A stretch of DNA of 60,368 bases from an uncultured archaeon (GCA_964347045.1 CAYFXC010000006.1:40047-100414); one strand, 5' to 3'. Shown: positions 30,149 to 40,865, counted from the first letter of the stretch. Translations and numbers: made by a program. The notes: generated by a model not told the origin, from the letters alone.

Positions 30149-30787
30149 CTAACTATTATCACCTATTTCTTCCTTCTTTCGAAATCGGGGAAACAAGCGT
30201 CCAGTTTGCAAAATGTACTTTTTGTATTCATCCCCAAACTGGTCGATGAGCATGGCTTCTTCCTGGGGAATTCGGGTAACAATGAAGAGCGTCATTAGAA
30301 TCCATCCGATGAAGAAGAAGAGATTTGTTGAGATCAGAAACCAAGTAAAGAAGTAGACGAGAGTTGAAGTATACATGGGATGTCGAATATAACGATACGG
30401 ACCCTCTGTGATTAATGTGTGCTTGTCTTGAATAGTCAATATCTTTGAGAATTCACGGCCCAAAGTTACATGGACCCACCAGAAAGCCATTAACGAAACG
30501 AACCCAAGGATTACTCCGATCCAACGGACCCAATCAGGAAAGGGTAACTGTAGCCATGGAAATAAAAAGGGAAAAAAGAGGTAAAGAACAAAGGCGATGA
30601 CAATAAAAATTCCAGCGAACGTTCCAATTGTTAGAGATAGACGACTCTCATGTTCAAAGGATTTTTTCATCAGTTCTCGCATTGGCTTTTTTAATTCAGG
30701 GGATTTTAGCTGATAGTATATACGAATAATGAAGAATCCAATAATGATTATGAAGAAGAACACGAGAAAGATTAGGTCCCCGTTCAT
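30149..30787 (-). CDS. ICMT family membrane methyltransferase
   Basis: LG.EFS, H.LIT.GPYRYIRHPMY, EE..L..QFG.EY..Y. Confidence 0.9.
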   Translation of the reverse strand: MNGDLIFLVFFFIIIIGFFIIRIYYQLKSPELKKPMRELMKKSFEHESRLSLTIGTFAGIFIVIAFVLYLFFPFLFPWLQLPFPDWVRWIGVILGFVSLMAFWWVHVTLGREFSKILTIQDKHTLITEGPYRYIRHPMYTSTLVYFFTWFLISTNLFFFIGWILMTLFIVTRIPQEEAMLIDQFGDEYKKYILQTGRLFPRFRKKEEIGDNS

Positions 30788-30840
30788 CTAGATCGACCTC
30801 AAGTTTTTTTAAAGAAGGATCCTTGCTTCTTTATACATTT

Positions 30841-30870
30841 TGGTCAGTTTTTTGACTGACTGGTCAGTTA
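30841..30870. promoter_or_regulatory. Palindromic TetR-type operator between divergent genes
   Basis: ACTGAC-TG-GTCAGT (30855-30868) plus a repeated half-site TGGTCAGTT at 30841; TTTTTATA follows. Confidence 0.7.
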
Positions 30871-30918
30871 CTTTTTTATACTATGAGTTTATTTTAGAAC
30901 AACTAATTGGTGAGCAAA

Positions 30919-31569
30919 ATGCCACGCGTCCTTCAAGATTATAAAATTCGAGCTAAGAAACGCATTGTTGAAGCAGCCATTACCGTCTTTGCGAAAAAAG
31001 GGTATCACCAGACAAAAATGACAGATATTGCCAAGGAAGTCGGAGTGAGTAAGGGTACACTGTATCAGTATTTCAAGAGTAAGGAAGAGTTATTTCGGGC
31101 AGTTGCTAAAATTCCGTTTGAAAAAATTGAAGAAGAACCACTCTCTCACCTTCTCGAATCAGGGAACCTGCTAGACATCAGTACGAACACGTTTTATGAT
31201 AAGTTATGGAGTACTCCGTTGTTTTTCTCTGAGACTAGCTGGCCACCTAGTTTAATGTTTGAGATTGTTTCAGAAGCTTCAAGAAACCCTGAATTGGCGA
31301 ATTCACTTCAATTCAGGTATGACGAAGCACTTTCATATCTGAAGAAATTCTTTGAGGATCAAAAGGACAAAGGGATAATGCGTCGGGAAGTAAACACCCA
31401 TAATTTAGCAATGGGTCTCATAGCGTTACAGGATGGGTTACAAGGCTACGAGTTATTCGGCATGAAGCGTTCTGAAACCGGAAAAACTTGGTCTGAGATT
31501 TCAAACATCCTTCTTCGAAGTGTAATGGCGAATAAAGCCAGTCGTGATGATTATAAATCTTCGAAGTAA
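30919..31569 (+). CDS. TetR/AcrR family regulator
   Basis: I..AA..VF.KKGY..T.M.DIA.EVGVSKGTLYQYF.SKEEL. Confidence 0.95.
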   Translation: MPRVLQDYKIRAKKRIVEAAITVFAKKGYHQTKMTDIAKEVGVSKGTLYQYFKSKEELFRAVAKIPFEKIEEEPLSHLLESGNLLDISTNTFYDKLWSTPLFFSETSWPPSLMFEIVSEASRNPELANSLQFRYDEALSYLKKFFEDQKDKGIMRREVNTHNLAMGLIALQDGLQGYELFGMKRSETGKTWSEISNILLRSVMANKASRDDYKSSK

Positions 31570-31627
31570 AGGTAGGATTATAAATCCAGCTTGAATTTAA
31601 GAGAAAAGACTAGAGGAGCTCCAAAAA

Positions 31628-33082
31628 ATGAAGGGTGAAGTTTTAAAGAATTACATTAACGGACGCTGGATCGCCTCTAAATCGAAGGAATTTCGCGATA
31701 TTATCAACCCAGTTACGGGCGATGTACTCGCGAAGGTTCCGATGTCCACTGCTGAAGAAACCAATCAGGCTATTGCTGCAGCCAAAATAGCCTTTAGGAA
31801 ATGGAGATCCACTCCCGCGCAAACACGGATTCGTTATCTGTTTCAGTTCCGTGATGCGGTTGAAGAAAATTTTGAAGATTTGTCCAAAGTGATCACAATT
31901 GAACATGGAAAAATCCTCGATGAAGCCCGAGGGGAATTCCGTCGCACCATTGAAAATGTGGAAGCGGCGGCGGCAATACCTTACCTTCAGATGGGTTATA
32001 ACTTTGAGGATATTGCTAGCGGAATAGATGAAATATTAATCAAACAACCATTGGGAGTGTTTTTCTGTGTTGCACCATTCAATTTCCCTGGCATGGTTCC
32101 AGCCTGGTTCTGGCCTTACGCGATTGCCTGTGGAAACACCTACATTGTGAAACCCTCTGAAGTAAAACCGATTAGCCAGGCCAAGCAATTTGAACTCATT
32201 GATGAGATTGGTTTTCCAAAAGGCGTACTTAACCTTGTACATGGTGGACCCACCGTAGTCAATACGTTAATTGAAAGCCCAGATACTGTTGGCATGTCCT
32301 TTGTTGGGTCTACAAAAATTGGTAGATTGTTATACAAAAAATGTGGAGAACACGCCAAACGAGCTCAAGCTCAAGCGGGTGCTAAGAATTTCCTAACTGT
32401 CATGCCAGACGCAAATATTGAACGGACGGTTCCAAATCTTATGGGTTCGTTCTTTGGTAATTCCGGTCAGCGGTGTCTAAGTGGAGCAGTGCTGCTTGCT
32501 GTTGGTGATGCATACGATCCTCTAAAAGAGGCTGTCCTTGACGCAGCGAAGCGCTTGATTGTCGGAAATGGGTTGGATGAAGGTGTCCATATGGGACCTT
32601 TAGCCACCGAAGCCGCATTGGAACGTGTGAGAAAGTACATTGAACTTGGAATTAAAGAAGGAGCAAAACTTCTCCTTGACGGCCGGAGTGTGAAGGTTCC
32701 TGAACATCCGAAAGGCTACTTTATTGGCCCCTCGATTTTTGACAAAGTCACTCCTGAAATGACAATTGCAAAAGAAGAAATCTTTGGACCAGTAATGTCG
32801 ATTATCCATGTGAAGGATTTGGACGAAGCAATTGAAATCATCCACCGTAATCCCCATGGAAACGCTTCGTCGATTTTCACATCGAGTGGAAAGTGGGCCC
32901 GTGAGTATCAATATCGTGTCCGTGCGGGTAATATCGGGATAAACATTGGTGTCGTTGCCCCGATTGCGTCATTTCCATTTTCAGGAATGAAGGATTCCTT
33001 CTTTGGCGATTTGCATGGACAAGGAAAAGATGCTGTGGACTTTTTCACTGAGAACAAAGTCGTAATTACTCGATGGTTCTAA
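31628..33082 (+). CDS. mmsA: CoA-acylating methylmalonate-semialdehyde dehydrogenase
   Basis: PFNFPGMVP, KPSE, SFVGST, GAKN, GQRC, EEIFGPV, FSG.K.SFFGD. Confidence 0.92.
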   Translation: MKGEVLKNYINGRWIASKSKEFRDIINPVTGDVLAKVPMSTAEETNQAIAAAKIAFRKWRSTPAQTRIRYLFQFRDAVEENFEDLSKVITIEHGKILDEARGEFRRTIENVEAAAAIPYLQMGYNFEDIASGIDEILIKQPLGVFFCVAPFNFPGMVPAWFWPYAIACGNTYIVKPSEVKPISQAKQFELIDEIGFPKGVLNLVHGGPTVVNTLIESPDTVGMSFVGSTKIGRLLYKKCGEHAKRAQAQAGAKNFLTVMPDANIERTVPNLMGSFFGNSGQRCLSGAVLLAVGDAYDPLKEAVLDAAKRLIVGNGLDEGVHMGPLATEAALERVRKYIELGIKEGAKLLLDGRSVKVPEHPKGYFIGPSIFDKVTPEMTIAKEEIFGPVMSIIHVKDLDEAIEIIHRNPHGNASSIFTSSGKWAREYQYRVRAGNIGINIGVVAPIASFPFSGMKDSFFGDLHGQGKDAVDFFTENKVVITRWF

Positions 33083-33105
33083 CGGGAGACAAATGAGGGA
33101 ACCCA

Positions 33106-33537
33106 ATGGATTTAGGAACGACAAGTGCCGTTATCACTTTCGCAATCGAACTAGACACAAAATCACAAATCTACTATGAGAGGGTTTTGGAAGCGAGCAA
33201 CGATTCCAAACTTCTAGAAGTATTAAATGTCATGCAGAACCATCAAATTAAGCGCAATAAACGTTTACAACGCTTCCGACGAGAACTAGTTACTGAAATG
33301 ATTCTTGAGCCAATCCATGGATTCACCCGAGAGGACTACAAATTAGATATCGAAATAGTCCAAGGATTGGATATGAAGAAAATTGTATCGGCCTTGTTAT
33401 TAATTGAGGAGAACATGAGACGCTATCTGATTACTGGGTCGGAAAAAATCAGTTTTCTCCCTGAATTAAGCGAACAGTTTCAACTCCTTGCTAAAGATGT
33501 TGAAGCTAACATTCAAGCCCTTAAAGAAATACAATAG
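33106..33537 (+). CDS. Ferritin/rubrerythrin-like helical protein
   Basis: FAIELD....YYE; EMILEPI.G; four-helix pattern. Confidence 0.6.
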   Translation: MDLGTTSAVITFAIELDTKSQIYYERVLEASNDSKLLEVLNVMQNHQIKRNKRLQRFRRELVTEMILEPIHGFTREDYKLDIEIVQGLDMKKIVSALLLIEENMRRYLITGSEKISFLPELSEQFQLLAKDVEANIQALKEIQ

Positions 33538-33608
33538 ATATTCCTAACCCCAAAATACTAAATAGAGAAATCATCACTATTAGAATTCAAGTGGATGGTG
33601 TACGGGGG

Positions 33609-34319
33609 ATGGATGAAGAAGAATTTCGGAAATTCCTAAAACTTGGCGGACGAAAAACACATACTATTGAAAATGTTGTCAGAATCGTTCGCAGCTATGA
33701 AGCTTATTTGCAAAAGTTTGTAGAAGGCAAGACCCTTGACAACGCAACTTCTAATGATTTAGATGCGTATGTTGAGTGGTATGAAAAAGAAGAAGCGAAG
33801 TCAGCAAAAAGGCAGTTGTGGGGCATTCGGTACTATTACCGATATAAAGGCAACAGAATAATGATAACCTGTGCAAATGAGTTACGCGAGGAACGGACGT
33901 TAAAGACTCGGATTCCTTTTCGCCTAAAGGATTTCAGAGATGTCAATCCAGAGTATATAGCAAAGCTTGAGAATGTTGGCATTCGGGATGTCACCCAAAT
34001 GCGCGAGAAGGGAGCCACTCATGCACAACGGGCTAATCTAGTAAAAGAAACCGAGATTCCTGAAGAGGCTATTTTAGAATTGGTAAAACTATCGGATCTT
34101 GCTCGTTTGCCAGGGGTCAAAGCAATTCGTGCTCGTTTATATTATGATGCAGGAGTAGACACTCTCGAAAAAATGGCGAAATGGAATCCGGATGCACTTC
34201 GATTAATGCTGATTGAGTATGTAGAAAAAACTGGGTTCGAAGGCATGGCACCACTCCCTAAAGAAGCGGCAAACGCAGTGAAAGTAGCTAGTGAGTTACC
34301 AAAGGTCATTGAATATTAA
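33609..34319 (+). CDS. DUF4332 (HhH) domain protein with integrase-SAM-like N-terminus
   Basis: L...GI, LSDLARLPGVKAIRARLYYDAGVDTLE; N-terminal F..FL...G...HTI..Y...L. Confidence 0.75.
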   Translation: MDEEEFRKFLKLGGRKTHTIENVVRIVRSYEAYLQKFVEGKTLDNATSNDLDAYVEWYEKEEAKSAKRQLWGIRYYYRYKGNRIMITCANELREERTLKTRIPFRLKDFRDVNPEYIAKLENVGIRDVTQMREKGATHAQRANLVKETEIPEEAILELVKLSDLARLPGVKAIRARLYYDAGVDTLEKMAKWNPDALRLMLIEYVEKTGFEGMAPLPKEAANAVKVASELPKVIEY

Positions 34320-34401
34320 CCCAAGAAAAAGCATTTCCGCTAAATAAATTCTAATAGACCATCAATTCTTTATCCAATCAATATTCCTAAAAGAATACAA
34401 A

Positions 34402-35079
34402 TTATTTGAGGCTTCGCCTTCGCTGATACATGACTATTACAATTATTAACATTATCAACACAACAAAACCAATGACGATGAAGATTTGATATATAGTTGG
34501 TGAAGACGCAGATGGCTCAAAGAGATTGGATAGCGCTATTTTTCGATAGTGCATGTCAACACCAAAGCCATACGCACTAAACAGGGGATTTTGCTCAAAG
34601 TATCCTATAACCCCAGGCTGCACAAACGCTAACTCTTCATCAAGATTCATTATTACTACCTGAGTGTAGTCACGGTCATACCAAAGATAGATGTCACGGT
34701 TTACACAGTCAAATACATTACTGTACTTTGTGGCATATATTCCGTTTTGATGTACAGCATCGAGAACGTCGCGACATGAGTCAACCGTAAGGTTATCTTC
34801 TGCAGTGATGGCAGTTAGCATGGACATAGCTGTGCTATACCGCCAACAATCATAGACATCCCTTGTTGAATCAGCTACATTGATATTTGTGGAGACTAGA
34901 CCGGAATCAAACCCGATTCGAGTGAATGCGATTTCATCATCATCACCAGCACTAACCACAACGGCGTCACCTGTAGCATCGGCAAAGTGTAACTGATAGT
35001 TCATAGATGAACCTATTGTGTGAGTGAGAAACCAATCAATCACTTCATCTACAGTGGCACATTCCCACAAGATCTGGGT
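34402..35079 (-). pseudogene. N-terminally truncated C45/Ntn-hydrolase family protein with C-terminal TM anchor
   Basis: ILWECATVDEVI, HFADATGDAVV, STN, CWRY..A, TKYSNVFD; in-frame TAA at 35082-35080 and no N-terminal catalytic Cys region. Confidence 0.65.
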
Positions 35080-35166
35080 TTATTATTTGGATTCAAGATA
35101 AACCAACGGACAGAACCGTAACAACCTAGCTGATAATGATACTTAGTTATCTATTGATTCCAGAGA

Positions 35167-35682
35167 TTAAGACCATTCGATCCGCTTACAGTCACAAGCA
35201 CGAAGCTGCATGGTCAATTCTCCCAAATGATAGGTGTTGTGCCTAATGAGGTATTGAAATTTCTCAAGAACCGAAGAAAGCCAATCAAAACCATCCTTTT
35301 CTAGCAATTCTTTATCAGAAACCCGTTTGAGATAATTTTCAATGTAGTGTGCAATGTCATTAAGGAAGACTAACATATCCCCTTTCCCAATCATCTTTGC
35401 GGCTTCCTTGTGCGAGATACTTTTCCACCAATTGACCTTCCCAAGACGTGCGCCCCATTGCATTCCATTGGGTGTTTCACGAGCATAAAACTCCGCGGCT
35501 TCAATAATATGATAGATACGGAGTGAATAGAACCATTTCTCATCACCTTTAACACCATGAGCCCAATGTTCTTTGGAGATCTGTTCAATTGCCTGGCGAG
35601 TCATCGCCCACATTCCTCTAAATTGACGAGCTAGACCAAAGGCAATTCGGCTCTTGAACTCAGACTCTACAAGCTTTGACAT
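35167..35682 (-). CDS. DinB/YfiT family protein
   Basis: YHII.., Y.IRHNTYHLGEL. Confidence 0.8.
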   Translation of the reverse strand: MSKLVESEFKSRIAFGLARQFRGMWAMTRQAIEQISKEHWAHGVKGDEKWFYSLRIYHIIEAAEFYARETPNGMQWGARLGKVNWWKSISHKEAAKMIGKGDMLVFLNDIAHYIENYLKRVSDKELLEKDGFDWLSSVLEKFQYLIRHNTYHLGELTMQLRACDCKRIEWS

Positions 35683-35758
35683 AATATCACCTGAAGGTGC
35701 TATAACGATTCAAACACTTTTAAATTTTGAATGGGAAGGAGTTTAAGGGAAATCCTCT

Positions 35759-36283
35759 ATGTCCGCTAGACAACATCTCCTAGCGATTCTTTTGCTTCCT
35801 TTCACTGGAATTGTGTTCATTCCATTCGTCCTACTCACCCTTTCTATTTGGACAGGATTTTCCTGGATGTTCTTGTATCCCGTTAATTTTCTAACCCTCA
35901 TCCTTGGATGTATTTTCATCATCCTTGGACTTATCATGCTAGGTAAAACGAACCATGATTTTGCGCGGGTGGGGAAAGGCACTCTTGCCCCATGCGCGCC
36001 GACCCGGCATTTTGTAGCGGTGGGATTGTACCGATATGTTAGGAACCCCATGATTCTTGGCGTGTTGTTGACGCTTCTGGGTGAGACCATTATCTTTGGA
36101 TCTGTACTCATTTTCATTTGGTTGATGCTCTTTGGAGTGATGAATCATATCTGGTTTGTTCTAAGGGAGGAACCAGAGCTTGAACAGCGGTTCGGAAATA
36201 AGTATCGACAATATAAAGCAAATGTACCCCGTTGGATTCCTCGCCGACACCCTTGGAAGCAAAATTCAACCCCAAACGAATAA
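35759..36283 (+). CDS. PEMT/ICMT family membrane methyltransferase
   Basis: GKGTLAP..PT, G.YRYVRNPM, EEP.L..RFG..Y..Y...VPRWIP. Confidence 0.9.
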   Translation: MSARQHLLAILLLPFTGIVFIPFVLLTLSIWTGFSWMFLYPVNFLTLILGCIFIILGLIMLGKTNHDFARVGKGTLAPCAPTRHFVAVGLYRYVRNPMILGVLLTLLGETIIFGSVLIFIWLMLFGVMNHIWFVLREEPELEQRFGNKYRQYKANVPRWIPRRHPWKQNSTPNE

Positions 36284-36355
36284 CAGGTGGAATGAAGCAT
36301 CATATAAGCTCCACTCCCAAATTTCATCCAATAGATTGTATTAGGTTCAATTCTA

Positions 36356-37924
36356 TCAACTGGATTTTTTGCTCAGTTGATTTGGATCAGCTGAAGTTAA
36401 TGGTTCCTTGAGTTTTTCGTTGATTTGAGCAGGTATTTCCACGGGAATCGGAAGTTCTGGAACGCCCGCCTCAGGGATCCCTGGAATATCATCGGAAACT
36501 TCACCTAGCACTTCTTCAATAGATTCATCTCTAGGAATGGGATATTGAAATCCTTTGCGAACAAGAAATGCTCCTGCTAATGCAACCAATGCAGCAATGA
36601 CCAATACAATGGGAAAGCCAAAAACTGGTAATAACTGACTTATGAGAAAGATTAGGGGGATTGAAAGGAGGAACGCAATTGTCGGACGAAGGCTATACAT
36701 GCAATTACGGATGCGATTAGGAAAGACATCTAGCATTACTCGTCCATTGAGCACTTCGGTAATTCGACCAATAGAATCACTGCCAACGAAAAGGACCCAA
36801 ATCAAAATTATTGGGATAATCGATGCTATGGGTAATGTGATGAATGGCATTGTGGTAAACGGAATAAAGACACTTATGAATTGAGCACCACTTTCTGGTG
36901 GTGGAAAAATCGCAGTAAATGCCATGAGCCCCATGAAAAAGACAAAGCTTCCAAATTGAATAAAGCGCAATCGCGGAATCCACTTGACAGGGTCGAAACG
37001 CTGAGACACAATACCACTTCGTTCTTGACTAACAACCATTGGAGCAAACATTGAGGTTCGAAAGGTTGAAACAGCAACATCACTTAGCAAATATCCAAAA
37101 TAGAGTGGAAAAAGAAGGATTTCCCACCAGACAATACCGATTGCCCACATGAGCATCTCACCTGCCATCGTGAAAGTTACAAATCGCGAAGATCCCATAA
37201 ACTGAATCCCATCTTTTAGTAATCGCCCATATTCTCGGAAACCAGTTCGTTCTTCTTGTTGTTTTCGGGCCCCTGGAAGGTCCCGAATGAAGATGAGAGC
37301 TAGAACTGCGAGGATGATAAAGAAAACTGCTTGGAGTTGGAATACCCAAGATCGCCCTAGAATTAAGGCGAATAAGCTGCCAGGAATGAGGATCAATGTG
37401 GAGATGAGTTGGAACACCATCCCGGCTCTCGACCAAAAGACGCCGTATTCTTTTCGCTCTTTATCATTGGGTCGGGCTACTCGGTAGTTGTTATCAAACC
37501 ATGCAGCCATAGCACCACTTTCTTGGGAGGCACCAAGCCCCATGAGCGTATAGATGATCACAAAGATGATGAAAGGAACGAATACGACAGAGACGGCATA
37601 GGCTGTAAGCCAGAACGCAATACTATAACAGATAAGGGCGGAGGCTATGATCCACCGTTGGCCAATCCAGTCACCAAGCCCTCCTGTGGGATAATCTAAA
37701 AGAGTTTGAACCACAATCCGAAGAATGACGAGCATTCCGACCATCGCCATGCCTACGAGATAGTTCCCACCTCCAAGGACGGTTGCGATGGAAATCATCC
37801 AAAAGGTTGTAGAGATCTGGAAAGCAAGTGACCAAGCGGAGCCTAAGAGCAAGACCACTGAGGCTAACCGTGTTGCATGTGGTGATGGTTTGGTGAATCC
37901 CAGCATTCGACTGAACCGGCTCAA
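36356..37924 (-). CDS. MFS transporter
   Basis: DYPTGGLGDWIGQR motif A, SGA..AWF, ~12 TM, Pro/Glu-rich tail. Confidence 0.85.
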   Translation of the reverse strand: MSRFSRMLGFTKPSPHATRLASVVLLLGSAWSLAFQISTTFWMISIATVLGGGNYLVGMAMVGMLVILRIVVQTLLDYPTGGLGDWIGQRWIIASALICYSIAFWLTAYAVSVVFVPFIIFVIIYTLMGLGASQESGAMAAWFDNNYRVARPNDKERKEYGVFWSRAGMVFQLISTLILIPGSLFALILGRSWVFQLQAVFFIILAVLALIFIRDLPGARKQQEERTGFREYGRLLKDGIQFMGSSRFVTFTMAGEMLMWAIGIVWWEILLFPLYFGYLLSDVAVSTFRTSMFAPMVVSQERSGIVSQRFDPVKWIPRLRFIQFGSFVFFMGLMAFTAIFPPPESGAQFISVFIPFTTMPFITLPIASIIPIILIWVLFVGSDSIGRITEVLNGRVMLDVFPNRIRNCMYSLRPTIAFLLSIPLIFLISQLLPVFGFPIVLVIAALVALAGAFLVRKGFQYPIPRDESIEEVLGEVSDDIPGIPEAGVPELPIPVEIPAQINEKLKEPLTSADPNQLSKKSS

Positions 37925-38254
37925 TTATTTCCACCAATGGTATTCGATTTTTCGTATTGAGTTTGGCATCTATGCCTGAGCATATTAAAGGGAGACTCAC
38001 TAAACGAGGTCACCGATTGTGACTAGCCAAATTTCGGTTGTGGTTTCCCCGTGATGGTTCGATGGATCGAATCAGACAAAGTGAGTTCATCGAACGACCT
38101 AATATTCTCAGTTAGCGAGAAGATACTCTTGAACTATGATATAAAACTTTCCATTAAAGGAAGGAATATATGAACGTTCAAATCAAAAAGACTGAGAAAC
38201 TAACCGTTGAAAACAGTTCCTCTATTTCCTCAAAAAAAAGGACGGAGACGCATT

Positions 38255-38713
38255 ATGACTGAAATGATTTCAGCTATGGATTGTACAAAACAAGTCCGCC
38301 GAATGGGAAATCTCTTTGGACTACTCTATTATCACTTTGCAAAAACTCTCATCGAAGAATTAGGAGTTGAAAATGGTAAAAAACTCATCAGGAAATCTGT
38401 TCAAAGCTTTGGCGCTGAGCGTGGACGAGTGATTCGTGAAAAGGTTCTCGCAGAGGGGCTGGAATTATCGATTGAGAACTTCTTCAAATTCCATTGGTTG
38501 CCCACATTAGGTTGGGAACACGACGAGAAAGGAGTGATCTACTGTAGCTATGCAGAACCATGGATTGAGCGTGGTGAACACGAACTAGGTAAATTATATT
38601 GTGAAATTGATTTTGCGAAAGTTGAAGCCTATAATCCTAGAATTCGTGTGAAACGAGACACTACGATCTTAAACGGAGAAGCCTGCTGCTCATTCACCTT
38701 TGAGGAGAAATAA
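38255..38713 (+). CDS. L-2-amino-thiazoline-4-carboxylic acid hydrolase family protein
   Basis: FG.ERG, CSYA..W, YCEID, T.L.G...C.F. Confidence 0.8.
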   Translation: MTEMISAMDCTKQVRRMGNLFGLLYYHFAKTLIEELGVENGKKLIRKSVQSFGAERGRVIREKVLAEGLELSIENFFKFHWLPTLGWEHDEKGVIYCSYAEPWIERGEHELGKLYCEIDFAKVEAYNPRIRVKRDTTILNGEACCSFTFEEK

Positions 38714-38716
38714 ACT

Positions 38717-39262
38717 ATGCAAGTGCTGGGTGTTGTAGGAAGCCCTCGACGGGGAGGAAATACAGAGACTCTCGTTGACGAAATCTTGGATGGAGCAAAA
38801 GAAGGCCGAGCTGAAGTTGGAAAAGTAATCCTTGATGAACTTGATATTCGTCCTTGTAAGGGATGCTTCGCTTGTTCAAAAACTCATCAATGTGTGCAAG
38901 ATGATGATATGAATATGGTGATAGTAAAATTGCAGCAAAGTCAAGCGTGGGTGTTAGGAACACCGATCTATTGGTGGGGTCCATCAGCTCAATTCAAGGC
39001 ATTCTTAGATAGATGGGTTTGCATATCTCGGACCATCTTTCGAGGAAAACTTGTAATTCTTGCAATTCCCATGGGAGGAGGTTCAGAAAGTTATGCTCGT
39101 CACACCGTAGCTATGTTTGAAGACATATTCCGGTACCTAGGTCTTAATCATATAGCTACAATATTAGCTCCTGGATCGGATAATCGAAACGCAGTACGTA
39201 ACTCACCCAGCATAATTGAAAAAGCTCGCCGAATAGGAAAAGAAACAACTAATAAGTATTGA
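38717..39262 (+). CDS. Iron-sulfur flavoprotein / flavodoxin family
   Basis: GSPR.GGNT, CKGCFACSKTHQC, DDM, GTPIYW, KAFLDR. Confidence 0.9.
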   Translation: MQVLGVVGSPRRGGNTETLVDEILDGAKEGRAEVGKVILDELDIRPCKGCFACSKTHQCVQDDDMNMVIVKLQQSQAWVLGTPIYWWGPSAQFKAFLDRWVCISRTIFRGKLVILAIPMGGGSESYARHTVAMFEDIFRYLGLNHIATILAPGSDNRNAVRNSPSIIEKARRIGKETTNKY

Positions 39263-39293
39263 ATCCCGCACCAAGTTGATGGAGGGAGTTGAT

Positions 39294-39806
39294 GTGGATT
39301 CGACATCACTTAGTTTCGAGTTTAGCTGTGATATTAACGAGCTTAGGGAATATTATGAATCCGTCCGTGAATGATTTACCGACTTAGAAATAATGCTATT
39401 TGAGCAAGATCCCAAGCAGTTGATTGTTTGGCGCTAGAATAACGAGATTGTTGCACATGCATTCTGGCATAGATCATCAACAGATGAGCAGCAGAAAGGC
39501 AATCCACGAAATGCGGAGGATAAAGCGATTTTACAAGAACTTTTCGGAGGTAAAAGCGAGTTAGTGGAACTTCATGAGGTTTGGCTTAGGAAAGAAAAGA
39601 GGGGCAAAGGTTACGGTCAGGAGTTTTTTGAATTCTTTGAACGTTTCATGAAAACTAGGCACTATACTGAAATTGCATATTACGCCTACTATCCAGCTGC
39701 ACTCAAAATATGTCGAACTCGTGGTTACAAGGAGGCATGTTGTCTTTATCAACCTGGTTTTGAAGGACACACTGAGAAGACCTATGTATCTCAAATGACA
39801 TTATAA
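39294..39806 (+). pseudogene. GNAT acetyltransferase interrupted by two in-frame stops
   Basis: GGAGGGAG RBS, GTG 39294; TGA 39372, TAG 39435; LIVWR*NNEIVAHAFW and ELHEVWLRKEKRGKGYG in one frame. Confidence 0.75.
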
Positions 39807-39883
39807 TTTGTTGTTCTCCATACGTTTGGAGAATAGGCATATCTAAGACCTAGTGCGGTGAAATTCTTCAGAGGTGGCTTATT

Positions 39884-40741
39884 TTGAAATTCTTTTTAGC
39901 TGGATTAGGTAACTGGTTCAAAGATTATGCACTCATTGAGAAAGCCGTTAAAGAAGCCGATAAACTTGGCTTTGATGGAGCATTAATGCCAGATCATTAT
40001 ATGTGGGGCCAAACTGAATGGATGCGGCGCTCCGATGCCAATTCTACATTAGAAACGTGGATTGCCTTATCTTACCTTGCAGGAAAAACTGAGCAAATTA
40101 AGTTGGGAACATTAGTTACGCCGATTCCATTTCGCCCACCCAGTCTTATGGCAAAGATGGTTTCAACCCTCGATGTAATTTCTAATGGTAGAGTTATATT
40201 TGGTGTTGGCGCAGGGTGGTCGCAAGTGGAGTTTGAAGGATATAGTGAATGGAATGAGCCTAGGGTTCGTGTAGATAAAACCGAAGAAGGGATCAAGCTA
40301 ATGATTATGCTGTGGACTCAAAACGAAGTATCCTTCAAAGGTCAATTCTATCAAGCTAAGAAAGCGGTATTAGATCCCAAACCTGTTCAACAGCCTTATC
40401 CTCAATTGTTATTTGGTGGCAGAAAACACCGGATGCTTCGACTTGCTGGAAAGTATGGAGATATCATCTTTATTCCTCAATTTGGTGAAGGAGAGCCCTA
40501 TGTTGAAAGAAAAAAGATTGTTGTGACCGCAGCGAAAAAAGCGAAACGCGCAGAAAAAATTACCTTCATGGAAGGTCCAATGATGACCAAAGGGGCATAC
40601 AACTCTGAGGAATTTGTCAAGCACGTTGAAGCAGCCAAACAATCAGGAGCGAGCTATTTTCTCACATCATTACCACGAAACGAGAAATTCATTGATTCCA
40701 TACAACTTTTTGCCCAAGATGTAATACCGTCATTCAAATGA
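39884..40741 (+). CDS. LLM class flavin-dependent oxidoreductase (probably F420-dependent)
   Basis: GFD...PDH, LGTLVT...R.P...AK...TLD..SNGR...GVGAGW, PKPVQ.P. Confidence 0.92.
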   Translation: MKFFLAGLGNWFKDYALIEKAVKEADKLGFDGALMPDHYMWGQTEWMRRSDANSTLETWIALSYLAGKTEQIKLGTLVTPIPFRPPSLMAKMVSTLDVISNGRVIFGVGAGWSQVEFEGYSEWNEPRVRVDKTEEGIKLMIMLWTQNEVSFKGQFYQAKKAVLDPKPVQQPYPQLLFGGRKHRMLRLAGKYGDIIFIPQFGEGEPYVERKKIVVTAAKKAKRAEKITFMEGPMMTKGAYNSEEFVKHVEAAKQSGASYFLTSLPRNEKFIDSIQLFAQDVIPSFK

Positions 40742-40865
40742 GAGTCAGTATACTACGCAGCATTCACTCGAAATATCCCTGAATTCAAATATATAGGCAA
40801 GCATTTGAAGAGAAATGGTTGTATGAATTAGCCAAACAAGAAATGTATCAGGTTGTGTTATTAGA

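Noticed and set aside
33609-34319. Integrase / mobile element
   Set aside because: No R-H-R-Y catalytic domain and no att-like flanks
37990-38140. Possible decayed minus-strand gene
   Set aside because: Multiple stops and no recognisable motif
18388-39437. Alternative genetic code or systematic stop read-through
   Set aside because: The interrupting stops include TAA, TGA and TAG, and all three also end intact genes normally
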